A stretch of DNA of 64,000 nt from Thermoanaerobaculia bacterium. Lineage in GTDB: Bacteria > Acidobacteriota > Thermoanaerobaculia > Multivoradales > Multivoraceae. Numbering within the stretch: the first letter of the stretch is position 1; every line of letters begins with the position of its first letter. Where the stretch lies: positions 69,378 through 133,377 of the forward strand of contig JAJDUI010000012.1 in NCBI GenBank assembly GCA_022826745.1. Reading direction: 5' to 3'. Of the stretch, positions 1-7,494 are shown one piece after another. The notes under the pieces were generated by a model. The model saw nothing but the letters and a program-made list of their open reading frames with translations, was not told the origin of the DNA and made no database searches. The translations under genes were made by a program, and so were the position numbers.

Positions 1-2160
1 GACGACCGCCGCGCCGGCGGCCGCGGCACGCCGGCCCAACGTGTCGAGGTCGGGCAGCCGTCCTTCCGCGGCGCGCAGCAGGTCCAGGGCGTAGAGCGAC
101 GGCACCCGGGCCCGGCCCTGCACCAGGTCGACCCGCGGGTAGGAAGCGTCGAGCCGGCCGGCCGCCGCGCCGGCCGCGAGCCGCAGGAGGAGTTGCTCGC
201 GACGCGTTCGGTCGATGTCGACCGCCAGGCGGTAGCCCGCCCCGCCGAGAGCGCGGCGGCGCTCGTCGAGCAGCAGGGCGTCCTCCCCCGAGCGTCGCGG
301 AAAGACCCCTTCAGCCAGCCCCGGCACGAAGACGAGATCGAAGGAGCGACCGGCCGCCTCCTCCACTCCGCCGACGAAGACGCGTCCGTAGCGGCGCTTC
401 GGCGGTTCGCGGCGGCTGAATCTGAGGCGCTCGGCAAGCACCCACTCGACCTCGGAGAGGCCGACCTCGTCGACTTCCGAGAGCGGCCGCAGCTCCGCCA
501 GGACCTCGAGCACGGACTCCGGGCGCCGCAGCGACATTGTCGCCAGCCGGCCGAGACGATCGAGCCACACGCCCCAATCGGCGCTCTCCGGCAGTTCGTC
601 CAGAAACTCCACCAGCGGCAGCGCGAAGCTCCTGAGGGTGGCCAGACGCGCGATCTGGCGCTCCAGGTAGCGCCGGCGGCCCTCGTTCTCGTCAGCGGCT
701 TCGCGGAGTTGCAACCGGAACTCGGCGTCGAGTCCCTCGAGGCGTTTCCGCCAGCGGTCGGCGCCGCCGACGACGGCCGCGTCCACCAGCAGCCGCTCCC
801 ACTGCGCGGGGGCGCGGAGCGCGCCGGCGGGGGCCGCGTCTTCCTGAGAGTCGGCGGCTTCCTCCGGGTCGACGTCGGCAGCCGAGGCCTCCGGACTCGT
901 CGGCGCTGCCTCGGGAGGCTCCGCCGACTTGAGCACGAGCTGCTCGCCGGCCGGTTCCACCCAGGGGACATCCTCGACCTTGGGTGGCGCGCCATCGGCA
1001 GCGGGCTTCGGCGTCTGGCCGAGCGACAGGTACTCCGCGAACCGGCTCGCCGAGAGCCGCTCCCCCGCGCAGGCGAGCAGGGCCAGGAAGGCGCGGCCGG
1101 CCGGGTTGGGTCGCAGCGAACCGCGCGTGACATAGGCCGGGATCCCGGCGCGGCCGAGCGCGTCCTCGATCAGGGGCAGGTAGGCCGTAGGCTGACGCGC
1201 CAGGATCGCGATCCGGTCGAAAGGAAGTCCGCCGGCAGCGGCGGCCCGGATGCGGCGCGCGATCTCGACACACTCCTGGCCCTCGCCCGCGGCTGAGAAG
1301 AGGTCGACCGACGTGGTCGTTTCCGTGGCGGGGGACCTCCCGGCCGCGTCCGCTCCCGTCTCGAACACGAAGCGCTGCACGCGGCTGAGCGCGCCGTGTC
1401 CGTCGCCTTCCGTTTCCCGGTCCAGATCGGTCACGGTCCCACCGCCCAGCACGAAACTCAGCCACTCCAGCGACTCCTGGTCCCCCGCGGCCGCGGTCGC
1501 CAGCACCTCGCGGCCGCGGGTGGCCAGCGACCGCAGAACGTCGGCCTGGGCTCGGCTTCGCAGGGGAAGATCGAGCCAGATCGAGCGCGGCGGCACGATC
1601 GCCCGCCCCTCGGCGAGGGCATCCGAGGCGAGGCGAAGAACCGCGGGCCGGTCGGCCAGTCCGAACCGCTCCATCTCGCCGGCGAAGCGCTCGAGCAGAA
1701 GCCCCAGATCCCTCGTGCCGTCGTCGTCCAGGAGCGCCGACGCGGGGACGCCGGCCGCACGCAATTCGCCGATCGTCGCTGCCAGCGAGCGGGCGAACCC
1801 CGGCATGCCGGCGACCGGCGCCAGGCGCTCCAGTTCGCCGTCCGCCTCCGCCAGGCGCGCGGCACGCGCCGCGATGGCCTCGGTACCGAGCGGTGTGACG
1901 GGGCGAACGCCGCGGGCGGCGAGGTCGAGTGCGGCGGCCTGGAGCGTCCACTGATCGAACGACATCGCGTGGACGCCCAGCACGCCGCCACCTGTCCCCG
2001 ACAGCCTGCGCAACAGGTCGTCCGCGGCGCCGCGGGACGGCGCGAGCAGCAGGACCTCGTCGCCACCCCGAAGGGACTCGCGCAGCCGGCTCCCGGCCAC
2101 CGCCAGCCTCGCCCGAGCGGAGGCCGAAACCAGGATCGACGCGGTGGCCCGGTCCGTCAC
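1..2160 (-). CDS. AddB-like / PD-(D/E)XK-family DNA repair nuclease-helicase subunit, N-terminal 720 codons (3' end off window)
   Basis: The minus-strand frame is open from GTG at 2160 to position 1; it is absent from the ORF track because no stop lies in the window. My translation 'VTDRATASILVSASARARLAVAGSRLRESLRGGDEVLLLAPSRGAADDLL...RLPDLDTLGRRAAAAGAAVV' is protein-like with G/C-ending codons. The start overlaps the upstream gene's stop as GTGA (2157-2160). The family call rests only on overall resemblance to AddB/RecB-like scaffolds; nuclease motifs would be off window. Confidence 0.4.
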   Translation of the reverse strand, partial: MTDRATASILVSASARARLAVAGSRLRESLRGGDEVLLLAPSRGAADDLLRRLSGTGGGVLGVHAMSFDQWTLQAAALDLAARGVRPVTPLGTEAIAARAARLAEADGELERLAPVAGMPGFARSLAATIGELRAAGVPASALLDDDGTRDLGLLLERFAGEMERFGLADRPAVLRLASDALAEGRAIVPPRSIWLDLPLRSRAQADVLRSLATRGREVLATAAAGDQESLEWLSFVLGGGTVTDLDRETEGDGHGALSRVQRFVFETGADAAGRSPATETTTSVDLFSAAGEGQECVEIARRIRAAAAGGLPFDRIAILARQPTAYLPLIEDALGRAGIPAYVTRGSLRPNPAGRAFLALLACAGERLSASRFAEYLSLGQTPKPAADGAPPKVEDVPWVEPAGEQLVLKSAEPPEAAPTSPEASAADVDPEEAADSQEDAAPAGALRAPAQWERLLVDAAVVGGADRWRKRLEGLDAEFRLQLREAADENEGRRRYLERQIARLATLRSFALPLVEFLDELPESADWGVWLDRLGRLATMSLRRPESVLEVLAELRPLSEVDEVGLSEVEWVLAERLRFSRREPPKRRYGRVFVGGVEEAAGRSFDLVFVPGLAEGVFPRRSGEDALLLDERRRALGGAGYRLAVDIDRTRREQLLLRLAAGAAAGRLDASYPRVDLVQGRARVPSLYALDLLRAAEGRLPDLDTLGRRAAAAGAAVV

Positions 2161-3539
2161 GGCGGCGGGATGAGTTCCAGGGCGGCCAGCCGGTTCCGTC
2201 CCCGCACGTAGAGCACGCCGTGGGCGAGCACCGGCGCCGCCCAGGCCGGATAGCGCAGCAGGTCGACGGTGCGGCCGTCGACCTCCGCCTGCAGGCGAAG
2301 GTGGCCTTCCTGCTGGTAGCTCTCGGGCGTCGCTCGGATGAGCAGCAGGTCGCCGACCTCGCTGTGGACCACGAAGTGACCATCGACGTAGAGCAGTTGC
2401 GTGCGTGCGAGGCGGGGCTGACTCCAGTGGACTTCTCCGGTCGCCCAGTCGACGGCGCGAAGCTCGGCGTTCGGCGACTTCTCGCCGCTCGAGACGTAGA
2501 CGACCCCCTCGTGGTGGATGGGCGTGTTCCAGTGGGCGGCGATCGCCTGGTTGCGCGGACCGTCCTGCCAAACGGGCCGGAATCCTCCCCTGCCGCTCTT
2601 CGTGTCGCCGCCGTACTCGAGCAGCACCGCGCCCTTCTCATACGACTCGGTCAGCAGCACCTGGTTGCCGACGACGATCGGATTTGCCGCGTTGACGCTC
2701 GTCAGCCGGCGCGCCCGCCAGCCGAAACCGTCGATCTCCCGGCCGTCCTTCGGATCGAAGAGGATGAGGCCGGAGCGGCCGAAATGGAAACCCCGCCGCT
2801 CGCCGGCGAAATCGACGACGATCGGGCTCGCGTAGCTCGCCAGGTCGTCGCCCAGGCGATACCGCTCCTCGCCGGTCCGTTTGTCGAAGGCGACCAGGGC
2901 GGTGCCGTTCGGTTCAACCCGGCCGCTGTGGATGTTCGGTGCGCCGGGCGGACTGCCGCCGACCGCGACCAGCAGCAGGTCGCCTTCGACCCACGGCGCA
3001 CTGGCGACGCCGAAGAAGTTCTGCTGGACGCCGTAGTCCGCGTGAGTGTCTCGCTCCCAGAGGACGGCGCCGTCGAGGACCCGGTGGCAGCGGAGGATGC
3101 CGTCGGCACCGACCGCGTAAACGCGCACACCGTCGATCAGCGGCGCCGTTCGCGGGCCGCCGTCGTACCCGTAGTAGTCCTCGTAGTCCGTGCGATACGC
3201 CGAGCGCCAGAGTTCTTTGCCGGTGTCGGCGCGAACGGCGACCAGGAGCGCTTGGTCGCCGAAACGGGTGAAGTAGAAGAGCCGTCCCCGGGCTACGGAT
3301 GGCGCCGCGTAACCCTCGCCCAGCTCGAGGTGCCAGAGCAGCGGCAGCGGATCCGTCGCCCAGTCGGAGCGGATGCCGGTCTCGGGCGACTTCGAATCAC
3401 GGTTCGGGCCGAGGAAGCCCGGCCAGTCGATGCCGTCCGTGCGCGTGCGGAGGTCGGGCGGCAGGATGCCGTCGTCAGCGGCCGCGGCGACCGAAGCCGC
3501 GAGCGCGGTCAGGAAAACGAGGCAAACGCGTCGCAGCAC
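2157..3539 (-). CDS. secreted PQQ-like / BamB-like beta-propeller repeat protein
   Basis: 460-aa ORF with the signal peptide 'MLRRVCLVFLTALAASVAAAADD'. It has repeated blade motifs of the type 'AVRADTGKELWR', 'VLDGAVLWE', 'AFDKRTGEERYR', 'AVDWATGEVHWS'. Confidence 0.75.
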   Translation of the reverse strand: MLRRVCLVFLTALAASVAAAADDGILPPDLRTRTDGIDWPGFLGPNRDSKSPETGIRSDWATDPLPLLWHLELGEGYAAPSVARGRLFYFTRFGDQALLVAVRADTGKELWRSAYRTDYEDYYGYDGGPRTAPLIDGVRVYAVGADGILRCHRVLDGAVLWERDTHADYGVQQNFFGVASAPWVEGDLLLVAVGGSPPGAPNIHSGRVEPNGTALVAFDKRTGEERYRLGDDLASYASPIVVDFAGERRGFHFGRSGLILFDPKDGREIDGFGWRARRLTSVNAANPIVVGNQVLLTESYEKGAVLLEYGGDTKSGRGGFRPVWQDGPRNQAIAAHWNTPIHHEGVVYVSSGEKSPNAELRAVDWATGEVHWSQPRLARTQLLYVDGHFVVHSEVGDLLLIRATPESYQQEGHLRLQAEVDGRTVDLLRYPAWAAPVLAHGVLYVRGRNRLAALELIPPP

Positions 3540-3545
3540 CGGTGC

Positions 3546-3929
3546 TCAGACCAGGTCGATCCGGTCCGGCCGGTTCGGCACCAGGCAGAGAAACTCGAAC
3601 GGCGCCTCGATCACTTCGTAGGAGTGCGCCAGACCCGCGGGGATGAGCAGCACGTCGTCGGCGCCGACCTCGACCGTCTCGTCACCCAGCACGATCCGGG
3701 CGCGGCCCCGAAGCACGTACTGTTCGTGCTCCACCTGGTTCGTGTGCAGCGGCATCCCGCCGCCGTCCTCCATCCGGAACCGCCGCATGGCGAAGTGCGG
3801 TGCATCATCGTCGGTGCCTAGCAGCACCTGGGTGGTCGTGGCCGTGCCGAGCTCAACCCGGTTGGGCGGCGCGTCGTCGGCGTGGCGGACGACGGCGGCA
3901 TGGGACTGCGCAGAGAACTTCGGGCTCAT
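3546..3929 (-). CDS. cupin domain protein
   Basis: 127-aa ORF with cupin motifs 'PLHTNQVEHEQYVLRGRA' and 'DDVLLIPAGLAHSY'. It lies 6 nt upstream of the next gene on the same strand. Confidence 0.75.
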   Translation of the reverse strand: MSPKFSAQSHAAVVRHADDAPPNRVELGTATTTQVLLGTDDDAPHFAMRRFRMEDGGGMPLHTNQVEHEQYVLRGRARIVLGDETVEVGADDVLLIPAGLAHSYEVIEAPFEFLCLVPNRPDRIDLV

Positions 3930-3974
3930 CGACCCGACTCTACCGCCGCCGGCCTCGTCCGAAAGCTGCCTCGT

Positions 3975-4112
3975 TCAACGCCCTCGGTAGCGGGAGCGCT
4001 CCGGCCCGTCCGGCGTCTTCGAGAAGAGCTTGACCAGCAGGCCGGCCCCCAGCGCGATGTCGTAGATCACGCCGAGGACCAGGACGGCAACGAGGAGAGC
4101 AACCAGCAGCAT
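3975..4112 (-). CDS. possible 45-aa single-TM membrane peptide
   Basis: Below the ORF-track size cutoff. My translation is 'MLLVALLVAVLVLGVIYDIALGAGLLVKLFSKTPDGPERSRYRGR' with G/C-ending codons. A GAGG lies about 11 nt upstream of the ATG, and the ORF fills the gap between two same-strand genes. There is no family support. Confidence 0.3.
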   Translation of the reverse strand: MLLVALLVAVLVLGVIYDIALGAGLLVKLFSKTPDGPERSRYRGR

Positions 4113-4124
4113 GACGAAGCGGCC

Positions 4125-4982
4125 TCAGGGTGAAGGAGCGATGCTGGCGCCCGCCCTAATTCCCCAGCGGCCGTCTTGCTCGGTCACCTGGTAGATCGTG
4201 TCGAAGGTGTGGATCCTGGCGCCGCCGGCGCCGTAGCGGGTGATTCTGACCGCGACGTTGACGCCTCTGGCGCCGACCTGAATCGCCTCCATGGAGTCGG
4301 CTTCGGAGCGCTCCCAGCCGAGCCGCTCGGCGAACGCGTCGAAGTCGAACCCCTCCATGTACTCGGCGGCGGATTCCCGGACCGTGGCCCTGCCGACTCC
4401 CACCCGAACGTGCGGGAAGTGGAGGGCCGCGACCATCGCCTCCTCGTCCCGGGCATTGAAGGCCGCAAGGTAACGCTCGACGGCGGCGATGGCGGCCGAA
4501 GCGGTCGCCTTGCGGTCATCCTCGAACAGGTCGTCGAAGCCCGCGGCGAGCCTCGCCTGGATGCCGATCGATCCGTCCTTCTCCGTCACCACGTAGAGGA
4601 CCTGGTTGCTGAAGATGGCGGAGCCATCGGCGCGAAGCCGCGTGTACCGCCCGGCGACGTGGGCCTGACCGTCGCTACTGTGAACGACCGTCGCCGAATC
4701 GAGCCGGGTTCGATCCCAGCCCGTCACCAGTACCTGGTCGAAGTCGATCGTCGCCGCGTAGGCCGCGGAGTCGGCGAAGACGCGACCGTCGAAGTCAGCC
4801 GTGGGCCGCACGTGCGGGTACTGGAGCGTCGCGACGAAGGCGGCAGGCTCGCGGGTGTTCCAGGCATCGACGAAACGGTGGACGGCCTGAGTCGCTTCTT
4901 CTTCCGTGACACCGGCCGCGGTGGTTGCTGCGACGGATGGGAAGAGAACAAGCCCGAGCAGACAATACAAGGTTGGGCACAC
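4125..4982 (-). CDS. secreted protein with two tandem NTF2/SnoaL-like domains
   Basis: 285-aa ORF with a GTG start and a hydrophobic N-terminus. It has an internal duplication: 'AVHRFVDAWNTREPAAFVATLQYPHVR...VTEKDGSIGIQAR' versus 'AVERYLAAFNARDEEAMVAALHFPHVR...VTEQDGRWGIRAG'. Confidence 0.6.
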   Translation of the reverse strand: MCPTLYCLLGLVLFPSVAATTAAGVTEEEATQAVHRFVDAWNTREPAAFVATLQYPHVRPTADFDGRVFADSAAYAATIDFDQVLVTGWDRTRLDSATVVHSSDGQAHVAGRYTRLRADGSAIFSNQVLYVVTEKDGSIGIQARLAAGFDDLFEDDRKATASAAIAAVERYLAAFNARDEEAMVAALHFPHVRVGVGRATVRESAAEYMEGFDFDAFAERLGWERSEADSMEAIQVGARGVNVAVRITRYGAGGARIHTFDTIYQVTEQDGRWGIRAGASIAPSP

Positions 4983-5411
4983 TGTCGCTGGAGTCTATCG
5001 GGGCAGTCGCGGCGACAGAAGGGTCGAACGAGCTAACCTGCCGCCCTCGCTGCTAAGCCCCCCTGCTATCGAACTCTCCTGTCCCACCCCCGGCCAATGA
5101 GCGCTTCTCGCCTGCCAGTTATCCAGTTCAGTCGCTTACCCGGCAAGAAGGCCCCAGACCCTCGCCGCAAAGGAGCAAGTCACCTGGACGGTCCCCCACG
5201 TGTAGCCCTCACCTGGCCCCACCTCTCGGACAGCCGCACTAACTAGAACTTCACCACCTCTGAGAACCGGATTCCGCCCGCCGTCCTCCTATTCGTCCCA
5301 TGACCACGGTAACCGACTCAAGCCATCTAAAGCTAGCCCAAGATCCGCTAGGCCACCCACCCTGTTCCCCTTCTCGAACCTCAGCGCACCGCTCTCATCA
5401 TCACGTGCATC

Positions 5412-6395
5412 TCACTCCACAGCCTCCACACCAGAATCTCCCTCCTCCTCCCAGATACAGTATTCGGCTTCGTAGTCCGCTCTCCCTGGCGAGAATGTAC
5501 GCACGTACACGCCATTCGCGTCACCCAAGGCCGCCTTCCAAACCACGGGTCTGCCACTATCCCTTCTACGGGTTGGTACAAAGGTCATCAAGCGAACCTG
5601 CACAAGAACGCCTCCCTCCCGAACCTTGACTCTCTTCTTCAACGCCTCTAGACACTCACCATGCCACCGCTTCCAGTACCGCCGCTCGTCCCAACTGTTC
5701 ACCTCTCCCTCCCTCAAGCTCAGACTCGCATGCCACTCGGCGAACTCCTCCGGGAAAGGCGGTATCTCCTCCTGCGCCGGAGTGTGTACCTTCCAGAACG
5801 TCTCAGCAGCGTACAGAGCATCCTCGTAACCGTTCTTCGACGGCATCCAACCCCTGTTCCGCACTAATTGGAGATCATCCTCGAGTCGGTCTTTCCTCAG
5901 AACTTTGGCAACAGTAACTCCCAAGTAGGTTCGCACCGGCCTCGAGTCGTCGAAAACCCGGTGGTTCACATGAAACCAGTCCTCAAGCTTGTCCACCCGA
6001 TACAGACCGCTTTCCGGAAAAACAAGATATGTGTCCGCCCGACGAGCCTGATTCAGCGTCCGAACATTTGCCATCATCCCCAGCGCGCCCGTCTCGGTTT
6101 CCAGGAAGAAGCGCTGTCTGCCAATCCGGCCATCCTTGCTCGTCATCTCAGTCGGCTCACGCACCGTACTGAACAACCCCGAACCAGCCGACGATCCACG
6201 CGTGGCCTGCTCTGTCACCTCCACCTTCGCGTTCTGGTTCACTTCCAACGAACCATCAAGATCCTCGGAGTCGAGAATCGAGAGCCTGTCAACAGGCAAC
6301 TCATTTGGTGCGTAGCCACCGTTTCTCGGGCCGCACGCCCAAAGCCAGCAAGCCAGTAGGGCGCATGAAAGCACTCCTGGATAACACCGCTGCAA
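5412..6395 (-). CDS. hypothetical lipoprotein (low-G+C island gene)
   Basis: 327-aa ORF with a TTG start (alternative GTG at 6374). The N-terminus 'VLSCALLACWLWACGP' looks like a lipoprotein signal with a lipobox Cys. It is Trp/Glu-rich with no motif I recognise, and its codon usage and G+C are unlike the flanks. Confidence 0.55.
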   Translation of the reverse strand: MQRCYPGVLSCALLACWLWACGPRNGGYAPNELPVDRLSILDSEDLDGSLEVNQNAKVEVTEQATRGSSAGSGLFSTVREPTEMTSKDGRIGRQRFFLETETGALGMMANVRTLNQARRADTYLVFPESGLYRVDKLEDWFHVNHRVFDDSRPVRTYLGVTVAKVLRKDRLEDDLQLVRNRGWMPSKNGYEDALYAAETFWKVHTPAQEEIPPFPEEFAEWHASLSLREGEVNSWDERRYWKRWHGECLEALKKRVKVREGGVLVQVRLMTFVPTRRRDSGRPVVWKAALGDANGVYVRTFSPGRADYEAEYCIWEEEGDSGVEAVE

Positions 6396-6398
6396 GAC

Positions 6399-6779
6399 CT
6401 AGCTCCGGTTATGTACGAAAAGAGGAGGAATACCTGTGAACAGAACCAGTACCACAGAAGCAATTTCTGGTTGGTAGAGGTCCTCTAGGATCCAACGACC
6501 AGGCTCATACGCATCACCGAGCGTGTAGGTCCATACCAGAAAGGACGCGGTCGTGATCACGATCTGGAGTCGATCGGTTACTCCCTGCACCTTGCTGAGA
6601 TAAACGGGAATGAGCACTGCAAAGAGACTTGCAGTACAAAGTAGTATGGGCTGCCGGAGGTCATCGCTGCCGACCAGAATAGCCGTGATCGCGAGGTACA
6701 GGCTGACGAATTCAGCCGGGATTAGGCGGAGCAGCCTGTCTGTGTAGTTGTGATCATCTCGAAGCTGTCGGCTCAACAC
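6399..6779 (-). CDS. hypothetical multi-pass membrane protein (low-G+C island gene)
   Basis: 126-aa ORF with about 4 hydrophobic segments ('FVSLYLAITAILVG', 'ILLCTASLFAVLIPVYL', 'IVITTASFLVWTYTL', 'IASVVLVLFTGIPPLF'). GGGGAGG lies just upstream of the GTG start. Many codons end in A/T. Its stop is 3 nt from the start of the next gene. Confidence 0.55.
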   Translation of the reverse strand: MLSRQLRDDHNYTDRLLRLIPAEFVSLYLAITAILVGSDDLRQPILLCTASLFAVLIPVYLSKVQGVTDRLQIVITTASFLVWTYTLGDAYEPGRWILEDLYQPEIASVVLVLFTGIPPLFVHNRS

Positions 6780-6884
6780 CCACCTCCCCTGCAGATTCCG
6801 GTCGTTGGCGCACGCTCTGTCGACGGCAGAACCGAAGTCCCAAGGGTCTAGCGCGACCTCGGATTTTGTTTGGGAGATGGAAGG

Positions 6885-7470
6885 TTAACAGCGCTTGAAG
6901 GCCGTGATCCGGCCATTAGGAGTCCAATGCCGGCAAACCCGCGACTCCAGTCGGCCATGTAGTTCGTGCTCCCGGCTCGGGAAACCTACTGTGACGCTGA
7001 TGTCGGCAGCAGGCGGCTTTGCAGTAACGGCCTCCTCGGCCGTCGGTGCATTCCCAAACCCGCACACGGTTGGGCTAGCGAGCCCTGCATGGGAGTGATT
7101 AGCGACCCTGCGTCTGCGGCACCTCAGCCTTCAGGTGACTCTTCCGGAGCTCCGACGTGCTGCAGCCCACATGGAGCCGGAAGGTGCGACGGAGCGTCCT
7201 CTCGCCGCCGAAGCCCACTATTCTGCCGACTCGCTGGGCGGGCAGCTTGCTCTGGCGCAAGATCTCGCATTCCCGCAGCACGTGACGGTTCGTCAGCGGG
7301 TACCAAACGTCAAGCCCAGGCGCTGACGGAAGAGCGGCCGACGCTCGACGCTCTCATGGTTATCGCTCCTGACCGTTGACAGCAACACGACCTCGTAGCT
7401 GGTCGCTTCGTTCAAAGGCCTCGATAAACCGACTGTTGCGTCCAGGTAAGTTCCGTCAGTTTGCTGCCTG
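6885..7470 (-). pseudogene. decayed duplicate of the AraC-HTH 3' end plus the alpha/beta-hydrolase 5' end (copy of the 9018-9360 / 8830-9021 junction)
   Basis: Nucleotides 7131-7370 align by eye with 9061-9300. Translated, 'VLRECEILRQSKLPAQRVGRIVGFGGERTLRRTFRLHVGCSTSELRKSHLK' matches 'VRRACELLRQSNMPVERVGREVGFGGERTFRRSFRLHVGCSASEFRKSHLK'. 'ATGAGAGCGTCGAGC' (MRASS) is conserved, but a 1-nt gap shifts the frame and an in-frame TGA follows. Downstream, 'MQGSLAQP/CGFGNAPTAEEAVTAKP...RLESRV' resembles the hydrolase N-terminus 'MIQAPYYPIVYLRGYAMTSGEVEETVSTP...VFESPL', again with a frameshift. Confidence 0.7.
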
Positions 7471-7494
7471 CGACCTCCCCCGCATGCGGGACGG

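Noticed and set aside
692-2641. Many very long ORFs in the track, for example 692..2641(-), 15452..17290(-), 21248..23455(-), 24828..27986(-), 34182..35705(-), 36523..38769(+), 43150..44865(-), 48242..49786(+), 50923..52509(+) and 61797..63182(+).
   Set aside because: Their translations are Arg/Pro/Gly/Ala-rich low-complexity strings with no motifs. They lie antisense to, or out of frame with, genes that carry clear family signatures. Such open frames are expected at this G+C content.
4706-4717. GGGTTCGATCCC, a tRNA T-arm-like string, considered as a possible tRNA marking the island boundary.
   Set aside because: It lies inside the well-supported CDS 4125-4982, and I could not fold the flanking sequence into acceptor, D or anticodon arms. 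I found no tRNA anywhere in the window.
7479-7490. The palindrome CCCGCATGCGGG just downstream of the hydrolase stop, considered as a terminator.
   Set aside because: It gives only a 4-5 bp effective stem with a minimal loop and no U-tract, which is too weak to call.
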